Part shown: positions 1 through 10,453 of the stretch, piece after piece
Position numbering within the stretch: the first letter of the stretch is position 1
Layout of the letters: each line of letters opens with the position of its first letter
Source of the DNA: an uncultured Candidatus Cloacimonadota bacterium
GTDB taxonomy: Bacteria; Cloacimonadota; Cloacimonadia; JGIOTU-2
Length of the DNA stretch: 60,094 nt
NCBI GenBank assembly: GCA_964398885.1
Contig: CAYNOU010000003.1
Location: 997 to 61,090, forward strand
Direction: 5' to 3'
Position numbers and translations under genes: made by a program
The notes under the pieces: generated by a model
Database searches by the model: none
The model's input: the letters and a program-made list of their open reading frames with translations, nothing else
What the model was told of the DNA's origin: nothing

Positions 1-1
1 A

Positions 2-835
2 AAAGGAAATATCAAGATGTTTGAACCTCCTTCTTTCCCCAAAATAAACAATATTGACACTTTTCCACCTGAAATTTCTGATATACTAACTGATTCCCAC
101 AAAACTCAGGGGGAAAAAATTATAAAATATATACTTATTCCGAACGAACCGGGTGATTATAAAATTCCTGAATTGACATTCTCTTACTTTGATCCAGAGC
201 AAAAACAGTATAAGAAAATATCAACTGAGATACTGAAGTTCAATGTGCAAGCGAGTAATAAAATAGTTGACAAGCAATATTATAGAACTCCCAAAGGGAT
301 TGATATTCAAGGATTAGATATTTGTTTTATTAGAACAGAAAATAGCATAGAAGATTTTTCCTTTGTTTTTCAACATTTTGTTTATTGGTTATTCGTATTT
401 ATTTCTTTGTTAAGTATTTTACTTGCTCATATATACCATTTAGAAAGAAAGAAGAGATTTCAAGATAGAGCGTATCTTATGAGAAGAATGGCAAACAGAA
501 TTCTACAAAAAGATATAGTAAAAGTTAAAAAGAGTATATCAGAGCAAAAAGTAGACAAATTTTTTGTGTTAGCTGAAAATGCTTTAAAAAATTATATCGC
601 AAATAAATTCAATATTTCATCAGGAAGCGCAAAGATAAGAGACATTATTGAGGTTCTCCATAATAAAGGTGCGGATAAAAGGCTTATCAATGATGTTAAA
701 AATTTTTTAGTTATGACAGACCAAGCTCGTTTTGGTGGAAGTAAATATAATGAAGAAAAAATCAGAGCAGAATTAACTAATCTGGATGATATAATTCACA
801 GAATTGGTAAAATGAAGTTTAGGAGAAATAAGTGA
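2..835 (+). CDS. batD: BatD-family protein, C-terminal part (5'-truncated by window)
   Basis: Frame open from window start. Contains YILIPNEPGDYKIPELTFSYFDP, typical of BatD, then one TM helix. Lies directly upstream of a BatE-like gene. Confidence 0.75.
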   Translation, partial: KGNIKMFEPPSFPKINNIDTFPPEISDILTDSHKTQGEKIIKYILIPNEPGDYKIPELTFSYFDPEQKQYKKISTEILKFNVQASNKIVDKQYYRTPKGIDIQGLDICFIRTENSIEDFSFVFQHFVYWLFVFISLLSILLAHIYHLERKKRFQDRAYLMRRMANRILQKDIVKVKKSISEQKVDKFFVLAENALKNYIANKFNISSGSAKIRDIIEVLHNKGADKRLINDVKNFLVMTDQARFGGSKYNEEKIRAELTNLDDIIHRIGKMKFRRNK

Positions 836-1575
836 AAAAGGTAATTTTGTTAATTATTTTATTTTTTATTAATTTGCAACTACTTGCCGGATATGACATT
901 TCAAAAGCTAACAACGCATATCAAAATCAGGAATATGAAAAAGCAAGAGATTCTTATGGAGAGTTGGTGAAAAAAGGGATAAAGAATTTTAATCTGTTCT
1001 ATAATTTAGGTAATATATATTTCAAACTTGAAGAGTTTGGATTAGCAAGATTATTCTATGAAAGAGCTGCAAAGTTTAGCCCTTTAGATAAAGACCTCAA
1101 TTTTAATTTGGAATTATTGAAATCAAGACTTAAAGATAAGGAAGAAACTAAAGAAACTTTTTTTTCGCATATTTTTAAAAAAATATATTACTTACTTTCA
1201 ATAAATATGCTTGCAATCTTTGTGTTAATATGTTTCATTTTAATAATGTTTACGATTGTACTGGTGATTTTAGCTAATAAATCGTCAACCAAAAAAGTCA
1301 TGAAAGTTTTTATGGTAGTTCTTTCAATCCTTTTTATGATATTTTTAATATTTACTGTTGCAAGATTGCACGAATTTCATAATAAGGATTTCGCAGTAAT
1401 TATTAATGAAACAGTTTTTGCATATAGTGGACCCAGTAAAGACTTTCAACAGGTTTTTACTATACATGAAGGACTAAAAGTTAGGATTGAAAAATTTGAT
1501 AAAGATTGGCTTTTGATAAAATTGCAGTCTGGGAATGGTGGATGGATTGAGAAAGAAAGAATAAAAATTATATAA
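832..1575 (+). CDS. batE: BatE-like TPR/SH3b membrane protein
   Basis: Signal peptide, TPR motif YNLGNIYFK, two TM helices, SH3b-like tail IHEGLKV...GWI. Confidence 0.75.
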   Translation: MKKVILLIILFFINLQLLAGYDISKANNAYQNQEYEKARDSYGELVKKGIKNFNLFYNLGNIYFKLEEFGLARLFYERAAKFSPLDKDLNFNLELLKSRLKDKEETKETFFSHIFKKIYYLLSINMLAIFVLICFILIMFTIVLVILANKSSTKKVMKVFMVVLSILFMIFLIFTVARLHEFHNKDFAVIINETVFAYSGPSKDFQQVFTIHEGLKVRIEKFDKDWLLIKLQSGNGGWIEKERIKII

Positions 1576-1589
1576 AATTTCATCTGAGT

Positions 1590-1605
1590 TCCCGACAAGT
1601 CGGGA
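1590..1605. repeat. Short GC-rich palindrome, TCCCGA family
   Basis: TCCCGAC-AA-GTCGGGA in an intergenic region. Confidence 0.85.
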
Positions 1606-1670
1606 TTCACATGTATGTTTCATCTCTAATCGTAAATAAATAGAGAATCTAAATATTAATGTAAATTGCT

Positions 1671-2915
1671 ATGCTTGTATTATCAATAGTTTTAGTTATA
1701 TTTATAATCTATGCCATTTTTGAATATCAGCGTCAACAAAGGTATAGAAAGAATATTCCATTAGTAATTCATGTAAATGGCACTCGTGGCAAATCAAGTG
1801 TTACAAGATTAATAGCAGCTGGTTTACAAGCAGGAAACATAAAAACAATTGCAAAAACAACAGGTTCCGCTCCAAGAATAATTTTGGAGAATGGAAATGA
1901 AATTCCTATTATCCGATATTTTGGACCAAATATTAAGGAACAATTAAAGATATTCAGATTTGCTTCTAAAAGAAATATAGATGCACTGGTTCTTGAATGT
2001 ATGGCAATTAATCCTGAATATCAATGGATAACTGAACAGAAGATAACCAAATCCGATATTGGGGTGATTACCAATATAAGACCTGATCATCTTGATGTGA
2101 TGGGACCAGGAATAAAAAATGTTGCATATTCAATATGTAATACATTACCTAAAAATGGAAAAGCTTTTACAAGTGAGCAAAAGCTATTTCCTATAATGAA
2201 AAAAGTTGCTGAGAAGCAAAATATTGATCTGCAATATGTGGAGAGTAATTATGTGTCTGATGAAGATATGAAAGGATTTCCATATATTGAACATAAAGAG
2301 AATGTGGCTTTGGCATGGGAAGTTTGTAACAGCTGTGGTGTTAAAAAGGAGATTGCTCTTAATGGTATGAAAAAAGTAAATCCTGATATTGGAGCTACAA
2401 AATTATTTTTGTTAAAGGATAAAACCAAGGAAATCTATTTTGCTCATTCTTTTGCTGCCAATGATCCTGAATCAACGAAGTTTGTTATGAATTACATAAA
2501 AAATATGGACATAGATATTGAATATACTGGAATTATATTAAATACTCGGGCTGACCGAATGTTTCGTTCAAAACAGTTGATTAAGATGCTTAGTGAAATT
2601 AAATTTAATATGCTTTATTTGATTGGCGAGGAAACTGCAAGAATACAATCCTATGCTTTAAAACACAAGATCTATTCAGATAAAATTTGTAATCTTGGCT
2701 GGATTGAAGGAGAAAATCTTATTAAACAAGTATTAAAAGTTAAATCACGAAAAATATTATTAATTGGAATTGGAAATATTGGAGGGAATGGCAGAATTAT
2801 AGTAAAATATTTCAGTGAAAAGCAAGGCAATAAGCCACAAGAACACACCCTTTCTCCGTCCCGATATAATCGGGACTGCGAAGCCCGCCTGCCAAGCCTT
2901 GGCGGGCAGGGGTGA
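1671..2915 (+). CDS. capB: Poly-gamma-glutamate synthase PgsB/CapB
   Basis: HVNGTRGKSSVTRL, AKTTG, LECMA, DHLDVMGP and FAANDP motifs. The last ~30 codons derive from repeat DNA. Confidence 0.93.
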   Translation: MLVLSIVLVIFIIYAIFEYQRQQRYRKNIPLVIHVNGTRGKSSVTRLIAAGLQAGNIKTIAKTTGSAPRIILENGNEIPIIRYFGPNIKEQLKIFRFASKRNIDALVLECMAINPEYQWITEQKITKSDIGVITNIRPDHLDVMGPGIKNVAYSICNTLPKNGKAFTSEQKLFPIMKKVAEKQNIDLQYVESNYVSDEDMKGFPYIEHKENVALAWEVCNSCGVKKEIALNGMKKVNPDIGATKLFLLKDKTKEIYFAHSFAANDPESTKFVMNYIKNMDIDIEYTGIILNTRADRMFRSKQLIKMLSEIKFNMLYLIGEETARIQSYALKHKIYSDKICNLGWIEGENLIKQVLKVKSRKILLIGIGNIGGNGRIIVKYFSEKQGNKPQEHTLSPSRYNRDCEARLPSLGGQG

Positions 2916-3003
2916 ACAAAAGAGCACAAAAGTAATTTTTGATTTTAGTGAATTTTCGTGTTAATTTGCTTGCCTTGCCGTAGTTCGACGAAGGCAGGTG
3001 GCT
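2833..3003. repeat. AGCCAC...GTGGCT composite element with three nested palindromic cassettes
   Basis: Outer inverted ends enclose GTCCCGATATAATCGGGAC (2858-2876), CCCGCCTGCCAAGCCTTGGCGGGCAGG (2884-2910) and a TGCCTT...AAGGCAGG cassette (~2969-2998). Confidence 0.7.
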
Positions 3004-3024
3004 GAAGTTCCTAAGGAGAACAAA

Positions 3025-3474
3025 ATGTTTGAAGTTTCAGTTGGTTTTGGGGTAATTATCAGTCTTTTCTTTTTAGAAACATTTGGTGTTGCAGCTGGCG
3101 GAATAGTTGTATGCGGTTATATTGCAATGTATCTGCATCAGCCGTGGACTATCTTTGCAACTTTACTGATCAGTTTTATTGTTTATGGAATTGTTAAATT
3201 GCTTGGTTCATTTATGTTTATTTATGGAAGAAGACGGATGGTGATTTCCGTTCTTCTTGGATTTATATTTGGATGGATTGCAAGAAGTTATGGCTTATTT
3301 TCGTCACTACCAGGTGATTATGCTGTTCAGGTTATTGGTTATATCATTCCGGGGTTAATTGCAAATTCAATGGACAGACAGGGAATTGTTCCAACTCTAA
3401 CTGTGATGGGTATCGCTGCAGTAATAGTAAGATTTATATTGATAATTGTTTTTGATGGGAAATTAATTGGGTAA
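3025..3474 (+). CDS. capC: Poly-gamma-glutamate biosynthesis protein PgsC/CapC
   Basis: GGIVVCGYIA, YGRRR and IGYIIPGLIAN motifs. AAGGAG RBS precedes ATG 3025. Confidence 0.92.
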   Translation: MFEVSVGFGVIISLFFLETFGVAAGGIVVCGYIAMYLHQPWTIFATLLISFIVYGIVKLLGSFMFIYGRRRMVISVLLGFIFGWIARSYGLFSSLPGDYAVQVIGYIIPGLIANSMDRQGIVPTLTVMGIAAVIVRFILIIVFDGKLIG

Positions 3475-3557
3475 TTAGAATACAAAGAACTTAAAGTATT
3501 TTACTTAATGGTTTTTAAGGATTCTTTAAAAATAGATATATTCTTTGTACCTTAGTG

Positions 3558-3575
3558 TCCCCGCGGACGCGGGGA
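3558..3575. repeat. Short palindrome TCCCCGCG-GA-CGCGGGGA
   Basis: Perfect 8-bp stem. Near-identical copy at 59603-59620. Confidence 0.8.
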
Positions 3576-3600
3576 TTGTGGTGTGAAAAAGAGGTGTAAA

Positions 3601-4716
3601 ATGTTTATTCCAAGTGCAAAATCTAAACTAAGTTTAATCATTCTTTTGCTCATAGCGATAATTCTTTTTATCTGGTCCTTCAAAAGTCGTGTATTTATTA
3701 AAGAAAAGTATTTTGAAGAAAAGCTTGCTGCTGCAAAATTAATGAAAGAATCTGAAGAAATAATCCGCAAATATCGGTTGAGTCAAAATATATTCATTGA
3801 TGAGCAGAATGACCCCAATAAGACAGCTTTAATTGGAGAGAAAGAAACTGAGATAACAACGGATAGGGGAAGTTTACTGGCAAAGCTAACAACACTAAAT
3901 CCGAATTTTGCTGCTGTAATAGTTGATTATTTTAAAAAGGCAAAATTGAAAAAGAGCGATTTGATTGCAATCAGTTGCACAGGTTCTATGCCTGCTTTAA
4001 ACATTGCAGTGATGAGTGCTGCTAAAGTATTGGATTTAGATCTAGTTATTATAAGCTCGGTTGGAGCCTCTATGTTTGGATCAACTGATCCTGATTTTAC
4101 CTGGTTGGATATTGAAACTCTACTTTATGATAAAGGTATATTTCCATACAAAAGTATTGCAGCTTCCCTCGGTGGTGGAAGAGATTTAGGAAGAGGATTA
4201 AGCAAACTCGGCAGAGATTTGATAATAAAAGCAATTAAAAGAAATAATATTCAATTGGTTAGAGAAAGTAGTCTTGAGAAAAATGTTGAAGAAAAAATGT
4301 CACTATTTTCAAACTATTCAAATAATGAGATTAAATTATATGTTAACATCGGTGGTGGATTATCCAGTCTTGGTGATGCAATAAATGGCAAACTTTTATC
4401 ACCTGGTTTGCATAGGTATATTTCCACAAAAAATATTCCAATCAAGGGGACTATGTTTTTATTCGCTGAAAAAGGGGTTCCCATTATTCATTTACTTGAT
4501 ATTCCTAAAATAGCCGAAATATATGACTTACCAATTGCACCAGTTCCTTTACCCGAACCTGGAATTGGAAAGGTTTTTGTGGAAGAACATTACAGTACAA
4601 CTGTTGCAGCAATTTCACTTGCTATTATGGTAATATTAATCTTAATTGTAATACTCTTTGACCACAAGCAACAACGATTTAAAGAAGAGGAAATTAATGT
4701 TTCCAATAAGGATTAA
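3601..4716 (+). CDS. pgsW: Poly-gamma-glutamate system protein (PgsW family)
   Basis: DPNKTALIG, ITTDRGSL, SMPALNIA, ISSVGASMFG and SLGGGRD motifs. Follows capB-capC. Confidence 0.85.
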   Translation: MFIPSAKSKLSLIILLLIAIILFIWSFKSRVFIKEKYFEEKLAAAKLMKESEEIIRKYRLSQNIFIDEQNDPNKTALIGEKETEITTDRGSLLAKLTTLNPNFAAVIVDYFKKAKLKKSDLIAISCTGSMPALNIAVMSAAKVLDLDLVIISSVGASMFGSTDPDFTWLDIETLLYDKGIFPYKSIAASLGGGRDLGRGLSKLGRDLIIKAIKRNNIQLVRESSLEKNVEEKMSLFSNYSNNEIKLYVNIGGGLSSLGDAINGKLLSPGLHRYISTKNIPIKGTMFLFAEKGVPIIHLLDIPKIAEIYDLPIAPVPLPEPGIGKVFVEEHYSTTVAAISLAIMVILILIVILFDHKQQRFKEEEINVSNKD

Positions 4717-4719
4717 TCT

Positions 4720-5616
4720 ATGAAAAATAAATTTATATTTATATTGATTTTTTGTATTCTAATGTTTGATGCTGTTCTTGCAAAGAATAATATTTCAAAA
4801 ATTAAATATGTAAGGACTACAAACGAATTTTCAATCTTCAATTCAAAAGCAAGTAAAATTATAAAATACTTTCTTATACTTCCAGAAGAAGAAATAAAGA
4901 TAAAAACTTCAAATATAGATAGTTTAAAAATATATTCAAGACTAATTTTAGAAGAAGATTACAAACTAAGTTATAAGTATCTATTCATTATCAATGGCGA
5001 AGAAAAGGAAGTTGAAAGGTCTGCCAGAGTTAGTGATGTATCCAGAGGATTGGCTGGTGAAAAAATTTCAACCTTTAATAAATATGTATTCAAATTTGAT
5101 AAAGATATCAATAATATTGTTATAAGAAATATTTCAAATCAGAAATTACTTATTAAGACTTGTGATAACACAATAAGAACAAAAAATATTGAAAATGAGT
5201 ATATTGCTATAAGTCCACAGAATAGTTATGATGTAAGAGTTTTGCTTATTAATGATAAAGAATATACATATTATATTCCAAAATCAAGAGAGATAAGATT
5301 ACTCCTTGAAGGTCCTGTTTTGTTAAAAATTATTAGTCGTTTAGTTTTTGATAATCCAATTGTGAAAAAATATAATTATAGGTTTGAATTGTATGACAAT
5401 GAAGAATTGCTAACCATTTTTCAGGAAGAAGCTCATAAATCTGCTAAAGCAGTTTTTGCAGATTATAAAGATAAGATACCTTCAACTGGTGATGTGAATA
5501 TTGTTAAGCTTTCTAAAGGAATACATCATATTACTATTAAGGATTGCGATGCAAATCGTGAGTTGATTTTCAGATTTTATATAAATAAATCTGCAGTGGG
5601 AGTGATAGAAGAATGA
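4720..5616 (+). CDS. Secreted/periplasmic hypothetical protein in the PGA operon
   Basis: Signal peptide, starts 3 nt after pgsW, appears to have two similar beta-rich halves. Confidence 0.7.
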   Translation: MKNKFIFILIFCILMFDAVLAKNNISKIKYVRTTNEFSIFNSKASKIIKYFLILPEEEIKIKTSNIDSLKIYSRLILEEDYKLSYKYLFIINGEEKEVERSARVSDVSRGLAGEKISTFNKYVFKFDKDINNIVIRNISNQKLLIKTCDNTIRTKNIENEYIAISPQNSYDVRVLLINDKEYTYYIPKSREIRLLLEGPVLLKIISRLVFDNPIVKKYNYRFELYDNEELLTIFQEEAHKSAKAVFADYKDKIPSTGDVNIVKLSKGIHHITIKDCDANRELIFRFYINKSAVGVIEE

Positions 5617-5638
5617 CAAATGGAATTCCTTCCTTCTC

Positions 5639-5682
5639 CGTTCCCAATCCCCAATTCAATTGGGGAGGGCGTTGGGAACGAG
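5639..5682. repeat. GTTCCCAA...TTGGGAAC REP-like hairpin with nested TCCCCAATTCAATTGGGGA
   Basis: Nested inverted repeats. Near-identical copy in reverse orientation at 36675-36717. Confidence 0.85.
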
Positions 5683-5707
5683 ACGCACGGAGTAGAATGG
5701 TAGAAGA

Positions 5708-6769
5708 ATGATAAAAAGAATTCTTTTCTTATTTTTTTTTATTGCAATATCTGAACCTTCCTTTGCAGAGTTCAACAATATTTCTCTGCTCAACAAAATT
5801 GAAATAGAAAATCATTACGACAGCAACATAATAAAACTTTCGTCAAAAAGCATTGATGATTTCAAACATTCCGTAAATCCTGCCAAATTCCATATTAACT
5901 CTGTGGATGATATTGTTACATCTGTTAGATACGAATTGGGAATTAAACACAGATTAATTACAGGACATACACAAATTGATAGGATAATTTTTAAGTATAA
6001 CAAATTTTGGAATAATAGCATAAAAAATTATCACTATTTTGGTGCAGAGCTAAAACAATATTTCAGCCGAAATTTTAATATTTCACTCAAATACCTTTAT
6101 TTTCCACATATTTATATAAACCATTATAATAGCCTACTTGACGATGAAAATATTTATAGAAGATTTTCATATTCAAAGAATATTTATCGTTCTGGTTTTA
6201 ATTTAAAATTGATAGATTTAATTCATTTTGGGTATCAATTTGAATATTCACAGAATTATTATAACAAATATTTTGGTGAATATAATTCGGATAATTTTAA
6301 GCATACCTTTTCTATCACATCTTTTCCTTATGAGAATCTTATATTAAAGTTTAGATACTCTTACGAACAATCGTCTGCAAAGCCAGATAAAGCTTATAAT
6401 GATATTACAGGTATGAACGAAATCAGAGACCCATCTTATGAATCTGATGTTTATTATGGGTCTATCACTATTCCAATAAGAACTTTTGATTTTGCAAAAG
6501 ATTTAAGATTATTTACATCACTTGAATTTGAGAATAGATTTTTTCAATCTCAATATTCACAAACTATAGACCCATATCATTCTGGGAGAAAGGATAACAT
6601 ATTCAGGTTTGAAACAAGTCTTATTTATCCTATATTTTACATTTTGGATTTAAAATGTTTTTACATGTATGAAACGAGAAATGTTTCTTCACCTGCTGGT
6701 AGTGATGTGGAAGATGAGAAGGAATATTCTGTGAAGAAAGTTGGGTGCTCAATTGGTATTAAGTTTTAA
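5708..6769 (+). CDS. Probable outer-membrane beta-barrel protein
   Basis: Signal peptide, alternating aromatic beta-strand pattern, C-terminal Phe (VGCSIGIKF). Confidence 0.65.
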   Translation: MIKRILFLFFFIAISEPSFAEFNNISLLNKIEIENHYDSNIIKLSSKSIDDFKHSVNPAKFHINSVDDIVTSVRYELGIKHRLITGHTQIDRIIFKYNKFWNNSIKNYHYFGAELKQYFSRNFNISLKYLYFPHIYINHYNSLLDDENIYRRFSYSKNIYRSGFNLKLIDLIHFGYQFEYSQNYYNKYFGEYNSDNFKHTFSITSFPYENLILKFRYSYEQSSAKPDKAYNDITGMNEIRDPSYESDVYYGSITIPIRTFDFAKDLRLFTSLEFENRFFQSQYSQTIDPYHSGRKDNIFRFETSLIYPIFYILDLKCFYMYETRNVSSPAGSDVEDEKEYSVKKVGCSIGIKF

Positions 6770-6966
6770 TGGATAGTCTCTCTATAGTTTGTTCGAGCAT
6801 AATAATCAATTCATAAATTATAAAAATTAAGTTCAGAATATATAGGTGAACTTGAAAAAGTTTGGGAATTCTTGACAGAAATTGAAGCAATTCTATCTTT
6901 AATAATTGAAATTGTAAAGTCATCATTTATTTATGTAATGATATTTTTAATAAGGAGATTAATAGT

Positions 6967-7743
6967 ATGGGAAGAAAACAGGATGCGATAACAGAAATAT
7001 TTAAGATATGTAAACAGAAAGGCAATTTTGTTTTCGATAATATGCTGGTAAAGCAAGTATGTAAAGAATATGGATTTGGGAATCCATTTGACGCAACAAA
7101 GCTTGACGATACTTCAAAATTTCCACAGATTTTGTTTGATGAAGACTATTTTATTTTGCATCTGGGGATGGGGAGACATAAGTTTGTTAAAGGAATAAAG
7201 AATGGTTTTCATTCTTTTGAAGAGATTGACAGCGATAATATCTTCGATTGGAAATATAGGAAAAGTATTCTAAATGAGTTTGATACAAGTGAATCAAATA
7301 TATTATCCGTAGCAAGCAACCAGAGGATAATACATGATTTCCTTTACGAAGATATAGTAGCCAGTCCAAAGGTTTACAACGCGAGACGGACAAAGATGAA
7401 TTTGTCCTATCGTGTTGCAGAAGAGGAAATTCAGGCACAGAATCTTCAAATGGAAATAGACTTAACGATGGAATTACGAGGAGTAATAACAATTTTTGAG
7501 GGGAAGAACGGTTTCCTTGAAGATTTTGCAGTTTATCAACTTTTTCATCCTTTCAAATATTACTCTGTGTTAAAGAGGAAAAAGAGATTGGATATAAAAA
7601 TGATTACAAGTTGCTACATCTTAAGAAAGAGGGATAAAGGCACTTCTGTCCTTAGGTTATACAATTACACCTTTGAGGACGAAAACGATATAAGTTCAAT
7701 AAAATTGTTGAAGAATGCTCAATATAATCTTATGAAGAGGTAG
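6967..7743 (+). CDS. Putative type II restriction endonuclease (PD-(D/E)XK-like)
   Basis: QMEID...IFEGKN motif. Adjacent to a DNA methyltransferase. AAGGAG RBS. Confidence 0.55.
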   Translation: MGRKQDAITEIFKICKQKGNFVFDNMLVKQVCKEYGFGNPFDATKLDDTSKFPQILFDEDYFILHLGMGRHKFVKGIKNGFHSFEEIDSDNIFDWKYRKSILNEFDTSESNILSVASNQRIIHDFLYEDIVASPKVYNARRTKMNLSYRVAEEEIQAQNLQMEIDLTMELRGVITIFEGKNGFLEDFAVYQLFHPFKYYSVLKRKKRLDIKMITSCYILRKRDKGTSVLRLYNYTFEDENDISSIKLLKNAQYNLMKR

Positions 7744-7747
7744 CAAA

Positions 7748-8632
7748 ATGAATAATAACTCTAATATAAAAAAATATTTAGATCAGGTATTTTTAGAGGA
7801 CATTATGAATCTCTTAAAAGAATTGCCTGACAAAAGTGTTGATATGATTAATGGGGACCCAGATTATAATGTTGGCATAAAGTATGGTTATAAGTCTTAT
7901 ACAAAAAGTTTTGATGAGTATATTGAATGGTATGTTGAGTTGGCAAAAGAATCTCTGAGAGTATTAAAAGATACAGGGAATATGTTTTTAATAAATTATC
8001 CTAAACAGAACGCTTATTTAAGGGTAAAATATTTGGATAAAGTATGCTATGAGGTCTCCGATTATGTCTGGGCATACAATACTAATGTTGGACACACCCC
8101 AAAGCGTTTTACAACAGCCCATAGAAGTATACTTCATTGTCGTAAAACAAAAAACAATAAATTTTACAAAGAGAATGTAGCAGTTCCTTATAAAAATCCT
8201 ACAGATAAACGAATCTTGAAGAATTTAGCAAACGGTTCTAAAGGCAGGATGCCATACGACTGGTTCTATTTTGATTTAGTTAAAAATGTCAGTAAAGAGA
8301 AAACCTTTCATGTTTGCCAGATTCCACAAAAGCTTTCTGAAATGTTAATCAAATCTTGCACAATGCACAATGATATTGTTTTGGTACTTTTTGGTGGAAG
8401 TGGTTCTGAAATTGAAATATGTAAGAGTCTTCATAGACAATACATTTCTGCTGAAATCGATGAAAAATATTATAAACTAATTCTTGATAGACTAAATAAA
8501 GGTGGTATTGAAGAGAAGTATAGATTAAAGACGAAAAAATATGAAGTTGAAAATATCAGTGCCCAACCTACTTTTCTTGAAAAACAAGCAAAATATTTAA
8601 TAGATAAGCGACACAAAGACAGAAATAAATAG
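7748..8632 (+). CDS. Site-specific N6-A/N4-C DNA methyltransferase (beta-class order)
   Basis: Motif IV-like DPDY near the N-terminus, then QIP..L..LI and motif I-like LFGGSGS near the C-terminus. Confidence 0.85.
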   Translation: MNNNSNIKKYLDQVFLEDIMNLLKELPDKSVDMINGDPDYNVGIKYGYKSYTKSFDEYIEWYVELAKESLRVLKDTGNMFLINYPKQNAYLRVKYLDKVCYEVSDYVWAYNTNVGHTPKRFTTAHRSILHCRKTKNNKFYKENVAVPYKNPTDKRILKNLANGSKGRMPYDWFYFDLVKNVSKEKTFHVCQIPQKLSEMLIKSCTMHNDIVLVLFGGSGSEIEICKSLHRQYISAEIDEKYYKLILDRLNKGGIEEKYRLKTKKYEVENISAQPTFLEKQAKYLIDKRHKDRNK

Positions 8633-8822
8633 AAAATTTTATTATGTAATACTACCTAAAGAGACTTAATTAACATCTTACTGTTGTACCAAACATCATT
8701 TAATAGACGTACAAAATAGTTACTACATTATGAAGAATATAAAATCCTATATTTACAAAAAACTTGACACATGAAAAATCTAAAAAAAAATAGAATAAAA
8801 TAAATCTACAAAAGGAGTTATC

Positions 8823-10382
8823 ATGAAACAAAACATTATTATTTTGTTATTGTTATTAAGCATTCCCATTTCATTATTTGGTGGAGAATTCTTAATATCA
8901 GGTGGAGCTTTTAGCCATACTTATCCAGTTGTCTCTTTTGGGCATGAAAATTATCAAGTTACATGGGTAGATAAAAGAACTGGCTCATATAATTATGGCT
9001 TTTGGGGTAGAATGATTGATTCAAATGGTAATCTTGTTGGGGAAGAGAATGAGATTGTTGGGTCATATAGTAATCTTTCATTTATGCCAGATATTGAAAC
9101 CGATGGCACAAATTATTTGTTTGCTTGGACAAGATATAGAAGTTCATCTGGACCTGGTGATGTTTATGGAATACTAATATCCCAGACAGGAACACCGATT
9201 GGAACAAAATTTCGTATCTCATTAGGAAATACAATTAATGCAAGTTTCCCGAATATTGCATGGGATGGAACAAATTATCTTGTTGTGTGGCAGTTAGGCT
9301 TCCCAAGTCAAGACCCAATTATTCAGGGACAATTCATATCTTCAACTGGACTGTTGGTTGGTAATAATTTTACAATCAGACCTTCCAGTATTCCTTCAAC
9401 CGCAAATCAAATATATCCTGCTGTTGCATTTAGTGGAACAAACTATTTAGTTGTCTGGGATGATGACAGAATCGATGGAGATGATAGAAATATATATGGA
9501 CAATTTGTTGGAACTGATGGTTCACTTATTGGTGACGGTTTCTCAATTTCAGTTGAAACAAATGACCAGATGTTAGTAGACCTTGCGTTTAGTGGCACAA
9601 ATTTTCTTGCTGTTTGGAAAGACGGCAGATATGATGTTTATGATGAATCAATTTTTGGACAACTAATCTCACCAGATGGAACATTAATAGGTGGTAACTT
9701 TGCAATTGGAGATACCTCTGTTGATGAAGAAAATTCATGGCCTTCAGTTGCATCCTCTGGAAATTCATTCCTTGTTTCCTGGGACCAAGCAATAACAGTA
9801 AAAGACGAAACACAACCCTCTTTTTCAAAAAGACTAATGATGCAGCAAGCTGGTGTTGAATATACCAGACCCACTATTTGGTGGGATGTTTATGCACAAA
9901 AAGTAAGTCTTACTGGTGATTTGATTGATAATAATATACCCATTTGCACAGAAGTATATCACCAATCTGATTCTTATATTGCATCTGATGGTGATGATTA
10001 TCTTGTTGTTTGGGATGACTCAAGAAATGGTAATCAATATTCTGTTATTTATGGTTCTATAGTTGCTGATTCAATTCAAGTTAGTATTACTGAAGAAGTA
10101 AATAACAATTCAATTGATATCTTTGCAGAACCAAATCCTGCTACTACTGAATTATCAATCAAATATAACCTTACTAAACAAGAGAATGTTGAATTAAACA
10201 TTTACAATATTAAAGGCGAAAAAATTAGAACAATTAATAATGGTTTCCAAAATGTTGGTTTTAACCAAATTCATTGGAATTTAAAGGATGATAACAACAA
10301 TATCGTCCCCAATGGTGTTTATCTTTATCAAGTAAAAACTCGTGATTATATAAAAACCAGTAAGATAGTTGTAATAAGATAA
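8823..10382 (+). CDS. Secreted repeat (beta-propeller-like) protein with T9SS-type CTD
   Basis: Signal peptide, repeated YLVVW.D.R...IYGQ...G units, CTD motifs PNP, IYNIKG, GVYLY, KIVVIR. Confidence 0.8.
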   Translation: MKQNIIILLLLLSIPISLFGGEFLISGGAFSHTYPVVSFGHENYQVTWVDKRTGSYNYGFWGRMIDSNGNLVGEENEIVGSYSNLSFMPDIETDGTNYLFAWTRYRSSSGPGDVYGILISQTGTPIGTKFRISLGNTINASFPNIAWDGTNYLVVWQLGFPSQDPIIQGQFISSTGLLVGNNFTIRPSSIPSTANQIYPAVAFSGTNYLVVWDDDRIDGDDRNIYGQFVGTDGSLIGDGFSISVETNDQMLVDLAFSGTNFLAVWKDGRYDVYDESIFGQLISPDGTLIGGNFAIGDTSVDEENSWPSVASSGNSFLVSWDQAITVKDETQPSFSKRLMMQQAGVEYTRPTIWWDVYAQKVSLTGDLIDNNIPICTEVYHQSDSYIASDGDDYLVVWDDSRNGNQYSVIYGSIVADSIQVSITEEVNNNSIDIFAEPNPATTELSIKYNLTKQENVELNIYNIKGEKIRTINNGFQNVGFNQIHWNLKDDNNNIVPNGVYLYQVKTRDYIKTSKIVVIR

Positions 10383-10453
10383 ATAAAGTCCTTTTAATAA
10401 AATAATGGCACATTGAAAATATTCTATGTGTCATTATTTTTATGCTTATAAAT

